A stretch of DNA of 64,000 bases from an uncultured virus (IMG/VR IMGVR_UViG_3300042881_003198) (IMGVR_UViG_3300042881_003198:1-64000), one strand, 5' to 3'. Positions 1 through 11,390 are shown, counted from the first letter of the stretch. Notes: a model not told the origin generated them from the letters alone. Made by a program: numbers and translations.

Positions 1-550
1 AGGCATAAGTTGCTATACCTGCATTAGAGGCATAAGTTGCTATACCTGCATTAGAGGCATAAGTTGCTATACCTGCATTAGAGGCATAAGTTGCTATACC
101 TGCATTAGAGGCATAAGTTGCTATACCTGCATTAGAGGCATAAGTTGCTATACCAGCATTGTCTGCATAAGTTGCTATACCTGCATTAGAGGCATAAGTT
201 GCTATACCAGCATTGTCTGCATAAGTTGCTATACCGGCATTAGAGGCATAAGTTGCTATACCTGCATTAGAGGCATAAGTTGCTATACCTGCATTGGTTG
301 CAAAGGTCGCTATACCCGCTGTAGTTGCAAAGGTCGCTATACCCGATGTAGTTGCAAAGGTCGCTATACCCGCTGTAGTTGCAAAGGTCGCTATACCCGC
401 TGTAGTTGCAAAGGTCGCTATACCCGCTGTAGTTGCAAAGGTCGCTATACCCGCTGTAGTTGCAAAGGTCGCTATACCAGCATTAGAGGCATAAGTTGCT
501 ATACCAGCATTAGAGGCATAAGTTGCTATGCCCGCTGTAGTTGCATAAGT
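1..550 (-). repeat. 27-bp tandem repeat array encoding T(Y/F)A(S/T/D)(N/T)AGIA
   Basis: Unit gcattagaggcataagttgctatacct and variant gctgtagttgcaaaggtcgctataccc, about 20 copies visible. Confidence 0.95.
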
Positions 551-3500
551 AGCACTTGAAGCATTACCAGAGAAACTTGACGCCGTAATTACACCTGCAA
601 CATTAAAATTTCCTCCATAATATAAGGGACCAGTTCCAGTTCTACCTAAAGCAACTGCATCTGAACTACCAAAAATAACAAACGCTCTGGTGCTATCTTG
701 AGCACCAGAAAAACGTGTAGTATCTGCTACATTAACATCACCCAACCAAAAATCATCACCTATTCTTACATTTTGACCTCCACCATTATTTGATGTATAT
801 ACTTGATCTGCGGTAAGTATACCAGTAATTGAAGCACTGCCAGAAACAGTCAGTTTTGATGTTGGATTTGTGGTTCCAATACCTAAATTACTACTTACAT
901 AAGCACCACCAGTAACTTGAAGTCTTTGTGATGCTGTTCCCGTAGAAGTTGCTGCACCAATGAATACAGGTCCATTGGTAAAGGTGGAGATTCCAGTAAC
1001 TTGAAGTTGTGTTATAGAACCTATGCCACCAATTACATTAGTTGCAGTAGTTGCAGTTCCAGTAAGAGCACCTATAAATGTTGTTGCTGTGACGACACCA
1101 GAAACTCTTGCATCACCAATAACAGTAAGTGGTGATGATGGATTTGTGGTTCCTATACCAACTCTTTGAGTACTATTATTAATAACAAACCAAGAAACTC
1201 CGCTATTTCGACCTTCAAATGACACAATTTGGTTGGAACTTCTCGTGAATCTGAATGTGTTTTCACCACCACCACCAGAGTCGTTTATTGCTTGAAAATA
1301 AAGTGTTTCATTATTAACACCAACATTCCAATTTCCATTATCAGATGTTGCACCATCTTCAGTAAATCTAATGATAGGATCGACTGATTGTAAATGCAGT
1401 TCTTCTCTTGGATTGGTTGTTCCGATTCCAACCCAACCATACCCATCACCTTTAATTACAAAAGGTGATGCATCAGGATTAGTAGAATCTTCAACAACCA
1501 GAGCATTACCAGTTCCAAGTTGAGTAATGCGAACCATATCACCTGATGTGGTTCCAGAGAATATTCCAGCAATACCAGTTGAGGTTGGAATAACTCTTAA
1601 AGTATTACTAAAAGTAGAAAGACCAGAAACATTCAGTTGTTGTGCTGTTAGATTAGTAGCACTGGTAACTCCAAGAGTTGAAATACCAGTAACATTTAAA
1701 TCAGTAAATGTATTAGTCGCATTAGCGATTGCAGATTGAATTGTTGCCGTTGTTGTAGCATCAAGTGAGGCAATATTTTGAAGTTGTCTTGCGGAACTAA
1801 TAACTTGAGTAGCACCAATGCTCAGAGAGTTGGTAGTTGTAATACCAGAGTTATCAATATTTTGGGTTGTTAAATTAGTAGCAGTTGTAATACCTAATGT
1901 TGAGACACCAGAATTAATTTGAAGTCCTTGTGTTTGAAGAATACCAAAGACCGTTGCACCGTATCCAGTGGTTTCAAATTCTTTTACATTGTCAAAGTAG
2001 AGTTCTACTGCACCATCTGTTCTTGCAACTAATTTACTTTCTCCAGAAGCAGATTGAAGTGATATTACATTTGAACCTGCAAGATATAATCCACCAGTTC
2101 CTAAATCTTGAATAAAGGAATTGCTTCCATTGTGATAAATCCTTAAATCATTACCATCACCAAAATACAAAGTATCATTATCACCAAAGTAAGCAGAAGT
2201 TCCAAAACTTACGGTTTCAGTGAATGTGGTGATTCCAAGTGTTGAAATACCAGAAGAATTAATATTTGTTAAAGTTGCATTAGTACTTGTTAAAGTCGTA
2301 ACAATACCAGTTACAATATTACCAGTCGTAAAGTTACCAGTCGTGTAAGTTGCTGTAGTTCCTGACAGAGTTGGAATTGTACCAACACCACTCGCATTAA
2401 TGTTTCTAACAACTGCTAAATCATTTTCAGTAAATTGAACTGATCCAGCAGCAAGTCTTGTTCCATTAGGGAACTGTGTTGAACCAATACCAACAGCATA
2501 GTTAATTAACCAAGCATCAGTACCAAGACCAGCAAAAGTACCAGACTTGAACCACATAATCTTTTTATATGTGGCGGGATTTGTTTCAATGCCAGCAATA
2601 AAAAGATTAACTAACGGTGTTCCTTCAGTAGATGCAACAGCAACGCCACCGTGATTTGCAGTATTATCATTAGAAACATCATTACCAAATGCATCAGTTC
2701 TAAATCCAAGAACAATATCAGGGTCAAAAACAGTTAAGGTGGGAACATTAATAAATGCGGTTGTTCCACCAATTGTTATATTGCCAGTGACATTTAAGTT
2801 ACGATTGACTTGAAGATCTCTTGTAACCGTTGCATCTTGTGGAAGAACTAAATTATTTGGAAGACTTAATGTTGGTGTTGAACCTTCACCAGTACCAGAA
2901 GTAACTGTGATTTGGTTTGATGTGCCAGTGATTGATTGAACATAATCACCAGTTGTATCTGTACCAAGAGCAACTGAATTTGGTTGAATAGTTGCTGCTA
3001 ATGATACATTACCAGTACCATCAAAACTAATTGCTGATGCAACAACATCACCAGTGATCTCAAAAGTTCTTTCCGTTGCAAGTTTTGTTGCTGTGGTAGC
3101 AGTACCTGTTAATGCTCCTATAAATGTAGTGGCAGTAACAACACCTGAAAATCTACCATCACCAACAACATCAAGTTTAGATGTTGGGATTGTAGAACCA
3201 ATACCAACAGAACCATCCTTTTTAATGACTACCTTATATGTTCCATTATCAGTAATAGCAATTTGATTTGCAGCAGCCTCAAGTTCAATCTCTAAATCAT
3301 TTACAGTTCCATCATAAAATACTTGAACGTCGTCACTTGTTCCAAATCTTAAAATATCAGAATCTGCCAAGTCTATGGCATTACGAACTGTTAATGTATC
3401 ACTAATAGTTAAATCAGTAAATTGTCCATTACTCCAAGTAAAAGCAGTATTTCCAACAACACCAGTGTTGTCAGTAGGTGGTAAAATATTTGCTGCCGTT

Positions 3501-3886
3501 ATATCACCAACAACTTGAAGTTTAGATGTTGGATTTGTGGTTCCAATACCAAGATTACCACCAATATAAACACTACTATTAATTCCAGTAACCTGAAGAA
3601 CTTGACCAGCAGTTCCTGTTGAAGTTCCACCACCAATCAAAGTTGTGGATTGAAGTGTTGATATTCCAGAAATATTTAAACTGGTAAAATCATTAGGTGC
3701 TTGTTGAATGGCAGTTTCAATTGTCGCAGTCGTTGTCGCATCCAGAGAGGCAATATTTTGCAGTTGTCTTGCGGAACTGACAACTTGCGTATTACCGATG
3801 CTTACGGAAGTTACAGTTGCAATGCCAGCATTAACTATATTTCTACTATCATCAATAATAGTAGAACCTATGATTTTTATTGCCAT
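1..3886 (-). CDS. Large tail-fibre-like structural protein, 3' end outside the window (absent from ORF track)
   Basis: ATG at 3886 (MAIKIIGSTIIDDSRNIVNAGIAT...); reads in the same frame at position 1; GIGTTNP motifs and TYASNAGIA repeats; long blocks shared with 3925..8622. Confidence 0.8.
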   Translation of the reverse strand, partial: MAIKIIGSTIIDDSRNIVNAGIATVTSVSIGNTQVVSSARQLQNIASLDATTTATIETAIQQAPNDFTSLNISGISTLQSTTLIGGGTSTGTAGQVLQVTGINSSVYIGGNLGIGTTNPTSKLQVVGDITAANILPPTDNTGVVGNTAFTWSNGQFTDLTISDTLTVRNAIDLADSDILRFGTSDDVQVFYDGTVNDLEIELEAAANQIAITDNGTYKVVIKKDGSVGIGSTIPTSKLDVVGDGRFSGVVTATTFIGALTGTATTATKLATERTFEITGDVVASAISFDGTGNVSLAATIQPNSVALGTDTTGDYVQSITGTSNQITVTSGTGEGSTPTLSLPNNLVLPQDATVTRDLQVNRNLNVTGNITIGGTTAFINVPTLTVFDPDIVLGFRTDAFGNDVSNDNTANHGGVAVASTEGTPLVNLFIAGIETNPATYKKIMWFKSGTFAGLGTDAWLINYAVGIGSTQFPNGTRLAAGSVQFTENDLAVVRNINASGVGTIPTLSGTTATYTTGNFTTGNIVTGIVTTLTSTNATLTNINSSGISTLGITTFTETVSFGTSAYFGDNDTLYFGDGNDLRIYHNGSNSFIQDLGTGGLYLAGSNVISLQSASGESKLVARTDGAVELYFDNVKEFETTGYGATVFGILQTQGLQINSGVSTLGITTATNLTTQNIDNSGITTTNSLSIGATQVISSARQLQNIASLDATTTATIQSAIANATNTFTDLNVTGISTLGVTSATNLTAQQLNVSGLSTFSNTLRVIPTSTGIAGIFSGTTSGDMVRITQLGTGNALVVEDSTNPDASPFVIKGDGYGWVGIGTTNPREELHLQSVDPIIRFTEDGATSDNGNWNVGVNNETLYFQAINDSGGGGENTFRFTRSSNQIVSFEGRNSGVSWFVINNSTQRVGIGTTNPSSPLTVIGDARVSGVVTATTFIGALTGTATTATNVIGGIGSITQLQVTGISTFTNGPVFIGAATSTGTASQRLQVTGGAYVSSNLGIGTTNPTSKLTVSGSASITGILTADQVYTSNNGGGQNVRIGDDFWLGDVNVADTTRFSGAQDSTRAFVIFGSSDAVALGRTGTGPLYYGGNFNVAGVITASSFSGNASSATYATTAGIATYASNAGIATYASNAGIATFATTAGIATFATTAGIATFATTAGIATFATTAGIATFATTSGIATFATTAGIATFATNAGIATYASNAGIATYASNAGIATYADNAGIATYASNAGIATYADNAGIATYASNAGIATYASNAGIATYASNAGIATYASNAGIATYASNAGIATYA

Positions 3887-3924
3887 TTACCGTCTTCGTG
3901 TTTCCACTGGGTATTTTGTATTAT

Positions 3925-6900
3925 TTAGTTGACTTTCCTCTTTAGTTCATCAATCTCTTCTTGCTGTTTCTTCACACATTCAATCAACAGACCAATCAAT
4001 CCATTATAGTTTACTGTCTTGGTTTCTCCGCCGTGAACCAGTTCTGGCAGAATTTTTTCAATCTCTTGTGCGATGACACCAGCAGAATTACGATTGCCAT
4101 CCTTCCAATTAAATGTAACTCCACGAATCTGCATTACCTTTTCAAGTGGGTTTGCAATTTGATTGATGTTTGTTTTGAGATTTATATCAGAAAGTGAATC
4201 AAAGTCAGTAGAGGTTGTAACTCCAGTAATATAAGCATTACCAACAACATAAAGTTTTGAGGTTGGATTTGTGGTTCCTATACCAAGATTTCCACTTGAA
4301 GGATTGAATACAAGACCTGTAGTAGTTACACCAAGACCAGTTGTAGATCCAGTTCCGGTTGCATAAGTTAAGAATTGATTTTGATTTGTAGTGTTTGTGG
4401 AAATGGCAATACCACCACCAGAAGCAGCGGCAATCCAAGAAATACCGGAACCAGTAGACGAAAGAACAGAACCGGCAGTTCCTACATTATTGTTAGAGTC
4501 ATAAAGTCCACCAGTAATTCTTACATTACCTTGAACATGTAAAGATTGTGATGGATTTGTGGTTCCAATACCAACAGAATCAGAAACATAAGCACTACCA
4601 GTTACCTGAAGAACTTGACCTGCGGTTCCTGTTGATGTTGCTGCTCCTATTAGTACTGGTCCATTGGTAAATGTAGAAATACCGGTAATACTTAATGCAG
4701 TACCTACTATATTAGTACCACTTATAGAACCGCCAGTAAACTCACCATAAACAGTACTATAAATTCTATTTGCAGTTAATACTCCAACAAAATATCCATC
4801 ACCATTAACCCAAAGTTTAGATGTTGGATTTGTGGTTCCTATACCAAGATTACCACTAGAAGGAATAAAGACAAAAGTAGAACTTACTCCAATAGAAGTA
4901 TTGACACCAGAAGAAACTGATGAGAATCCAATAAATTGGGATGTTGATGCACTAGATGGTGAGATTGTATTATTAAGAATACCGGTTAAGTTAGTACCAT
5001 CACCATAATATCTTCTAGCACTTATGATTCCTGTGGAACCATACATTGTGATTGCAGTTCCAACTTGCAAAGATCCTTGTGGATTTGTGGTTCCTATACC
5101 AAGATTACCACTAGAAGGAATAAAGACAAAAGTAGAACTTACTCCAATAGAAGTATTGACACCAGAAGAAACTGATGAGAATCCAATAAATTGGGATGTT
5201 GATGCACTAGATGGTGAGATTGTATTATTAAGAATACCGGTTAAGTTAGTACCATCACCATAATATCTTGTAGCACTTATGATTCCTGTGGAACCATACA
5301 TTGTGATTGCAGTTCCAACTTGCAAAGATCCTCGTGGATTTGTGGTTCCTATACCTAAATTACTACTTACATAAGCACCACCAGTAACTTGAAGTCTTTG
5401 TGATGCTGTTCCAGTAGAAGTTGCTGCACCAATTAATACTGGTCCATTAGTGAAGGTAGAAATTCCAGTTACTTGAAGTTGTGCAATAGAACCTATGCCA
5501 CCTATGACTGATGTAGAAATTCCTGCATTAGAGGCATAAGTTGCTATACCAGCATTAGAGGCATAAGTTGCTATACCGGCATTAGAGGCATAAGTTGCTA
5601 TACCAGCATTGTCTGCATAAGTTGCTATACCGGCATTAGAGGCATAAGTTGCTATACCGGCATTGGTTGCATAAGTTGCTATACCTGCATTAGAGGCATA
5701 AGTTGCTATACCAGCATTGGTTGCATAAGTTGCTATACCTGCATTAGAGGCATAAGTTGCTATACCTGCTACATTAGAGTATCCAGAGAATGTAGAGATT
5801 CCAGCATTGGTTGCATAAGTTGCTATACCGGCATTAGAGGCATAAGTTGCTATACCGGCATTGGTTGCATAAGTTGCTATACCTGCATTAGAGGCATAAG
5901 TTGCTATACCGGCATTAGAGGCATAAGTTGCTATACCAGCATTGTCTGCATAAGTTGCTATACCGGCATTAGAAGCGTATCCAGAGAATGTAGAGATTCC
6001 AGCATTGGTTGCATAAGTTGCTATACCGGCATTGGTTGCATAAGTTGCTATACCTGCATTAGAGGCATAAGTTGCTATACCTGCATTAGAGGCATAAGTT
6101 GCAGTTGCTATACCGGCATTGGTTGCATAAGTTGCTATACCTGCATTAGAGGCATAAGTTGCTATACCTGCATTAGAGGCATAAGTTGCAGTTGCAGCAT
6201 TACCACTAATATTAATATTATAAATTCCAGTGAGTCTAGCAGAATTGATTGTGCCAGTTGTGATATTGGCAGCATCAGAAAGATTGGTTGCCGTGGTCGC
6301 AGTGCCTGTAAGATTTCCTATAAATCCACCAGTTGAAGTTATAATACCAGAAGCATTGATGTTTCTTACAACCGCTAGATCATTTTCAGTAAATTGAACC
6401 GAACCCGCAGCAAGACGAGTTCCTGTTGGGAATTGAGTACTTCCAATACCAACCGCATAATTACTTAACCAAGCATCAGTACCAAGTCCGGCAAATGTGC
6501 CTGCCTTGAACCACATAATCTTTTTATATGTGGCGGGATTTGTTTCAATACCTGCAATGAGTAATTGAACTAATGGTGTTCCTTCAGTAGATGCAACAGC
6601 AACGCCACCATGATTTGCAGTATTATCATTAGAAACATCATTACCACTTCCATCAGTTCTAAAACCAAGAATGATATCAGGGTCAAATATGTTTAATGAC
6701 TGCGAAAAGATTGTGGCAGAAGTTCCACCAATTGTTATATTGCCAGTGACATTTAAGTTACGATTGACTTGTAAATCTCTTGTGACTGTTACATCTTGTG
6801 GAGCAGTCAATTGATTAGGAATACTTAAAGTTGGTGTTGAACTTTCGCCAGAAGTTGCACTTACACTAATCTGGTTTGCGGTTCCAGTGATGTTTGCTAC

Positions 6901-8622
6901 ATAGTCACCAGTTGTATCAGATCCAAGAGAAACTGAGTTTGGTTGAATGGTTGCTGCTAAGGATACATTTCCAGTGCCATCAAAACTAATTGGAGAAGCA
7001 ACTATATCTCCAGTAATCTCAAAAGTCCTTGGGGTTACTAATTGAGTTGCATAAGTTGCTATACCGGCATTGGTTGCATAAGTTGCTATGCCCGCTGTAG
7101 TTGCAAAGGTTGCTATACCAGCATTAGAGGCATAAGTTGCTATACCAGCATTAGAAGCGTATCCAGAGAATGTAGAGATTCCAGCATTAGTAGCATAAGT
7201 TGCTATACCGGTTAGATTTCCAATGAATGTGGTTGCTGTTACTACACCAGTAAATCTCCCATCACCAACAACATAAAGTTTAGATGTTGGATTTGTGGTT
7301 CCTATACCAACAGAACCATCCTTTTTAATGACTACCGTATATGTTCCATTATCAGTAATAGCAATTTGATTTGCAGCAGACTCAAGTTCAATTTCTAAAT
7401 CATTTGCAGTTCCATCATAAAATACTTTAACATCATCACTTGTACCAAATTGCAAGATATCACTATCTGCTAAATCAATAGCAGCACGAACATTTAACGT
7501 ACTATCTATCGTTAAATTGGTAAATTGCCCATTACTCCAAGTAAAGGCAGTGTTTCCAACAACACCAGTATTATCAGTAGGTGGTAAAATATTTGCTGCT
7601 GTCAAAATACCAGAAACTTTTGCATCACCAATAACATCAAGTCTGGTAGTTGGTCGAGTGGATCCTATACCCAAGGAATTTGTACCTGGATTAAATACTA
7701 TAGAATCACTAGATACAGAAATACTTGAAATTGTTCCAGATATTATTGGAGATAATACTGGATAATATATTTGATTATTATCAATATTTTGAATTGTATT
7801 TAAAATTGTTCCTGTTAAATTAGAACCATCACCATAGTAGGTAATTCCAATTCCGCCAACAGTGGCACCACTTCCAACTGGTGTTATTCTAAAGTTTCCA
7901 ATTGTAGAAACACCAGAAACACTTAGTTGTTGTGCTGTTAGATTAGTAGTGCTAGTAACTCCAAGAGTGCTTATACCAGAAATACTTAATGCAGTTCCTA
8001 CAATATTAGTACCTGATATTCCACCTCCGGTAAATTCACCATAAACGCTACTAACAATTCTATTTGCAGTTAGAATTCCTGTGATATAACTATCACCAAC
8101 AACATAGAGTGCCGAAGTTGGATTTGTAGTACCAAGTCCAACATTATTATTCAGATTAATTCTTATTGCATCTCCACCATTCGCACCGAGACCGAGTTGA
8201 ACAGATCCAGCAGCACGAATATTAGAAACTAAATTTGAATGACTAAAGATTAAATCACCTTCACCACCAGTTACAAATCTTATATCTCCACCATCAACTT
8301 CTAATTTATAACCAGTGCTTATTCCACCGGCACCAACACCAATCGCAACTTGACCCTCAGTTGTAACTACGAATGGTGTGACATCTGGATTTTCACTATC
8401 CTCTACGATAAAAGCAGGTCCAGTACCAGTTTGGGTGATTCTTACTATCTCAGTTGGACTGTTTCCCGCAAATACCGCACCTCCTACGACTTCTAAAGGT
8501 GCCGAAGCATTTGTGGTTCCAATACCAACTTTACCAGTAACCTCAAGTACTGTTTGATTTTCAGTATAAGAAACAATACCAATTTTTAGATTTTGTTGAC
8601 GGTTACTGATATACTTTGCCAT
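3925..8622 (-). CDS. Tail fibre protein with C-terminal intramolecular chaperone (peptidase S74-like) domain
   Basis: 1565 aa, G/T/S-rich, GIGTTNP motifs; C-terminus SDINLKTNI...RGVTFNWK...GVIAQE...VNYNGLIGLLIE followed by a coiled coil. Confidence 0.85.
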   Translation of the reverse strand: MAKYISNRQQNLKIGIVSYTENQTVLEVTGKVGIGTTNASAPLEVVGGAVFAGNSPTEIVRITQTGTGPAFIVEDSENPDVTPFVVTTEGQVAIGVGAGGISTGYKLEVDGGDIRFVTGGEGDLIFSHSNLVSNIRAAGSVQLGLGANGGDAIRINLNNNVGLGTTNPTSALYVVGDSYITGILTANRIVSSVYGEFTGGGISGTNIVGTALSISGISTLGVTSTTNLTAQQLSVSGVSTIGNFRITPVGSGATVGGIGITYYGDGSNLTGTILNTIQNIDNNQIYYPVLSPIISGTISSISVSSDSIVFNPGTNSLGIGSTRPTTRLDVIGDAKVSGILTAANILPPTDNTGVVGNTAFTWSNGQFTNLTIDSTLNVRAAIDLADSDILQFGTSDDVKVFYDGTANDLEIELESAANQIAITDNGTYTVVIKKDGSVGIGTTNPTSKLYVVGDGRFTGVVTATTFIGNLTGIATYATNAGISTFSGYASNAGIATYASNAGIATFATTAGIATYATNAGIATYATQLVTPRTFEITGDIVASPISFDGTGNVSLAATIQPNSVSLGSDTTGDYVANITGTANQISVSATSGESSTPTLSIPNQLTAPQDVTVTRDLQVNRNLNVTGNITIGGTSATIFSQSLNIFDPDIILGFRTDGSGNDVSNDNTANHGGVAVASTEGTPLVQLLIAGIETNPATYKKIMWFKAGTFAGLGTDAWLSNYAVGIGSTQFPTGTRLAAGSVQFTENDLAVVRNINASGIITSTGGFIGNLTGTATTATNLSDAANITTGTINSARLTGIYNINISGNAATATYASNAGIATYASNAGIATYATNAGIATATYASNAGIATYASNAGIATYATNAGIATYATNAGISTFSGYASNAGIATYADNAGIATYASNAGIATYASNAGIATYATNAGIATYASNAGIATYATNAGISTFSGYSNVAGIATYASNAGIATYATNAGIATYASNAGIATYATNAGIATYASNAGIATYADNAGIATYASNAGIATYASNAGIATYASNAGISTSVIGGIGSIAQLQVTGISTFTNGPVLIGAATSTGTASQRLQVTGGAYVSSNLGIGTTNPRGSLQVGTAITMYGSTGIISATRYYGDGTNLTGILNNTISPSSASTSQFIGFSSVSSGVNTSIGVSSTFVFIPSSGNLGIGTTNPQGSLQVGTAITMYGSTGIISARRYYGDGTNLTGILNNTISPSSASTSQFIGFSSVSSGVNTSIGVSSTFVFIPSSGNLGIGTTNPTSKLWVNGDGYFVGVLTANRIYSTVYGEFTGGSISGTNIVGTALSITGISTFTNGPVLIGAATSTGTAGQVLQVTGSAYVSDSVGIGTTNPSQSLHVQGNVRITGGLYDSNNNVGTAGSVLSSTGSGISWIAAASGGGIAISTNTTNQNQFLTYATGTGSTTGLGVTTTGLVFNPSSGNLGIGTTNPTSKLYVVGNAYITGVTTSTDFDSLSDINLKTNINQIANPLEKVMQIRGVTFNWKDGNRNSAGVIAQEIEKILPELVHGGETKTVNYNGLIGLLIECVKKQQEEIDELKRKVN
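4826..5355 (-). repeat. Near-perfect 255-bp (85-aa) tandem duplication inside the tail fibre
   Basis: ggatttgtggttcctatacc recurs at 4826, 5081 and 5336 with near-identical intervening sequence. Confidence 0.9.
5522..6190 (-). repeat. 27-bp tandem repeat array (TYASNAGIA); smaller array at ~7045-7210
   Basis: Same unit as 1..550. Confidence 0.95.
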
Positions 8623-8631
8623 TTTCTTGTA

Positions 8632-8961
8632 TTAGTTGAGTGTTTCTAAAAGACTTGCGACAAACTTCAAGTTACTTCCATTACTACCAGATAGAACTAA
8701 CCTATCTCCACTTTCTAATACCAATTTTCCAGCAAGAAGACTAGAAGTATCATTTGCAGAAATTGGATATTCTTTTAATAGTTCAGTATCAGTTGAACTT
8801 CTGCGGTGTACAAAAGTTACATCTTCACTTGTTGCCCCAATATTTGCAACTTGTGCTAAAAGAACTACACCAGTATAACCTACCGGTGCCGTATAAACGA
8901 CTGTTGGACTTGTTGGTACAACTGCAGTAACTGTCTGGAATACATTAAGTGCTAATGCCAT
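8632..8961 (-). CDS. Hypothetical protein, probable virion component
   Basis: 109-aa ORF tightly packed within the structural operon. Confidence 0.6.
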   Translation of the reverse strand: MALALNVFQTVTAVVPTSPTVVYTAPVGYTGVVLLAQVANIGATSEDVTFVHRRSSTDTELLKEYPISANDTSSLLAGKLVLESGDRLVLSGSNGSNLKFVASLLETLN

Positions 8962-8965
8962 TGAA

Positions 8966-10825
8966 TTAATCTCCTCCTAGTGCGAGTATAAATGGTGTCA
9001 TTGTCGAGAACAAACTCTTGGAATAAAATGTTCCACTAATTGTTCCTGTTTGTTGATTAATCACAACACCATCACCAATACGAAAGTTTCCCGATTGGTC
9101 AGTTGAAGTAAAAACAACCAATCCCCCATTACGAGCATCAGTTTCATTTTCTTGAATAGGAACTCCACCAGAAGCAGGAAGAGCAGTTGCAATATTCGTT
9201 CCAGAACCAATGTATTCAAGTGAATGTCCCGATGCAAGAACACGACTTTGTTTAAAGAAAGGAACAGTACTACCAACTCCCACCGCATAAGGAACATTAT
9301 CACTTAAGGTAATGGTACAAATACCGGCAGAAATTGGAGTGGAACTTAAAATTGAATAATAAGTTGGAACTAAATTTGCAGTTCCTGTTGCAGTATTAAT
9401 ACCACTACTAGGAGAAGAAAAAGTTACTGTTGGTGCTGTAGAATAACCCCTTCCATTTGAAACCATTTCAACATTAGTCACTGAACCATTTTTAACTTCA
9501 CCCACAGCAGTTGCAGGAATACCCCAAGGTTCATCAGGAGAACTAAAAGTAATATCAACATTCTGTGTGTATCCAGTACCACCAGAACCTACTGATACTC
9601 CACCTACGGTAAAATATAACTCATCCAGATAAATCACTTGCCCATCAAAGGGTCTTACTACATTAATTTTTACAGTACCACCTGATTGATATGTGTGTGA
9701 GAGTGTAGAAACACCAACATAAACAGAAAAAGAAGTTGATGATGGAATACTTTGAATTTCAAAAACATAACCACTATTACCTGATGGGTAAGTTACAATT
9801 CCTGGACCAGAAGGGCAGGTAAACCCAAGTCCAACAATTGAAACACCCATTCCCACATTAAAATTATGATTAGAATTTACCGTGATTGTTGTAAGTCCTG
9901 TTGTATTATCATAAAGTGCATTTGTAACATTCAGTGTTGGAGTATTTAAGTCAAGAACAAACTCAAAAGAACTTGCTGCGGCAGAACTTGTAACAATTCC
10001 CGTGTATTTCTTAGGTCCAACTCCATCAGCAATCAAACCAAAATTACCGAAAGATGAGTTGGAGTTTGTAAGGTCACAAGCAGCACCACTACCACAAAAA
10101 ACTGCAATTTCATCACAAATAGTAAACAAAGAAACTAACTGAGCATAACCTTCATTTGTGATTGAAACTCCAATGCCACCTTGATTGTATTGAGTATAAG
10201 AATCAACCACCATAGATTTTGTTTGTCCAATTGATTTGGAACCATCAATCTTCATTCCAATACTATTTGGAATAAAGTTAGTACAGTTCTGCACATAAGG
10301 TGATTGATCATTGTAAACTGGAATGTTTGGATTAAATGCAAAAATTGCCTTACCAGAATTCAAAGTTCCGGTATAAGACATTTCGGCAATATAATTGCCA
10401 GTGCTCACATAGAACAAATCTTCATCAGGATTTAATGGTGATACTGATACTTCTCTTAAACTATCACCAACAATTGAAACTTGTTCTGGAATAATTAATG
10501 GATTATTTTCTAGATAAGTTCCAGCACTAACTTTAATAACTGTTCCTGTTGTTGATTCTGTAAGTGCTGCTCCGATTGTTGCTTTTGCGTCTCCAAGTTT
10601 TCTTCCTGTGTTTGTATCACTTCCATCTTTTGTGACATAAAGAATATTTGTAACTGTTGCTCCTGCACCGATGCGAATGATATCGGTTCCAATTCCGCTC
10701 CTTTCCCTCTTGGCATACAACTCCGCATCATATGTGTTATATGAAAGTTCTGCAGATAGTAATTGAGATGCTGTAGGTTTTTTACCAGGTACAGCAGATC
10801 TTTTAATTCTAATAGGAGTTGGCAT
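8966..10825 (-). CDS. Virion structural / tail-associated protein
   Basis: 619 aa; IRIKRSAVPGKKP N-terminus; YVTKDGSDTNTG and GxGY repeats typical of cyanophage tail proteins. Confidence 0.65.
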   Translation of the reverse strand: MPTPIRIKRSAVPGKKPTASQLLSAELSYNTYDAELYAKRERSGIGTDIIRIGAGATVTNILYVTKDGSDTNTGRKLGDAKATIGAALTESTTGTVIKVSAGTYLENNPLIIPEQVSIVGDSLREVSVSPLNPDEDLFYVSTGNYIAEMSYTGTLNSGKAIFAFNPNIPVYNDQSPYVQNCTNFIPNSIGMKIDGSKSIGQTKSMVVDSYTQYNQGGIGVSITNEGYAQLVSLFTICDEIAVFCGSGAACDLTNSNSSFGNFGLIADGVGPKKYTGIVTSSAAASSFEFVLDLNTPTLNVTNALYDNTTGLTTITVNSNHNFNVGMGVSIVGLGFTCPSGPGIVTYPSGNSGYVFEIQSIPSSTSFSVYVGVSTLSHTYQSGGTVKINVVRPFDGQVIYLDELYFTVGGVSVGSGGTGYTQNVDITFSSPDEPWGIPATAVGEVKNGSVTNVEMVSNGRGYSTAPTVTFSSPSSGINTATGTANLVPTYYSILSSTPISAGICTITLSDNVPYAVGVGSTVPFFKQSRVLASGHSLEYIGSGTNIATALPASGGVPIQENETDARNGGLVVFTSTDQSGNFRIGDGVVINQQTGTISGTFYSKSLFSTMTPFILALGGD

Positions 10826-10880
10826 TTATCGCATCGGTTATTTATCAAACTTGCAGAATAATCTGCTTTAAGTTATTTAT

Positions 10881-11252
10881 TCAAGATAAATTATTGCGTC
10901 TTGGACGATAAGTATGTAAGTTTTTTGGAGGATCTGGTTTCATCCATTCTTCTATTTTATTAAACTTTTGCTCGTCATAAAAATATTGTTGGATGTACCA
11001 TAACTTCCAGTGTTCATGACCTTTTGATTGATTACACTCGTGGCAACAACATACTACATTTTTTGTAGTATCTTCCCCACCTTTTGATTGTGGGACAATA
11101 TGATCAATTGTAAGATTTTCATCAGACCCACAATAGGCACACTTATTATCCCAACTTTCCTTTATATGTTTTCTCCATAATCTTTTTGCTTCAGAACTTG
11201 ATGTTGTATGAAGATTAAAGACATATTCTTTAGGATTATGGAAGGGAACCAT
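10881..11252 (-). CDS. HNH endonuclease
   Basis: CAYCG...LTIDHIVPQSKGG...NVVCCCHECNQSK; ATG at 11252 preferred over the track TTG start. Confidence 0.85.
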   Translation of the reverse strand: MVPFHNPKEYVFNLHTTSSSEAKRLWRKHIKESWDNKCAYCGSDENLTIDHIVPQSKGGEDTTKNVVCCCHECNQSKGHEHWKLWYIQQYFYDEQKFNKIEEWMKPDPPKNLHTYRPRRNNLS

Positions 11253-11390
11253 AAGTATTTGCAACTTATGATTATTTATTCTTTGTTCTTATAACTTCTA
11301 CTAGTTCTTTCAAAGTAATGTATATGTAATGAAACTCTTCATAATAAGTAATGTCCGAATCTCTTTTGAGAAAATGAGTTATTTTCTTTA

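Noticed and set aside
294..494. Plus-strand ORF (VAKVAIPA)n
   Set aside because: Antisense shadow of the fibre repeat
1..550. CRISPR array
   Set aside because: 27-bp units are contiguous with no unique spacers and encode an in-frame peptide repeat; no cas genes in the window
1..8622. Diversity-generating retroelement acting on the fibres
   Set aside because: No reverse transcriptase in the window; the duplicated blocks are both coding and show no evident adenine-specific differences
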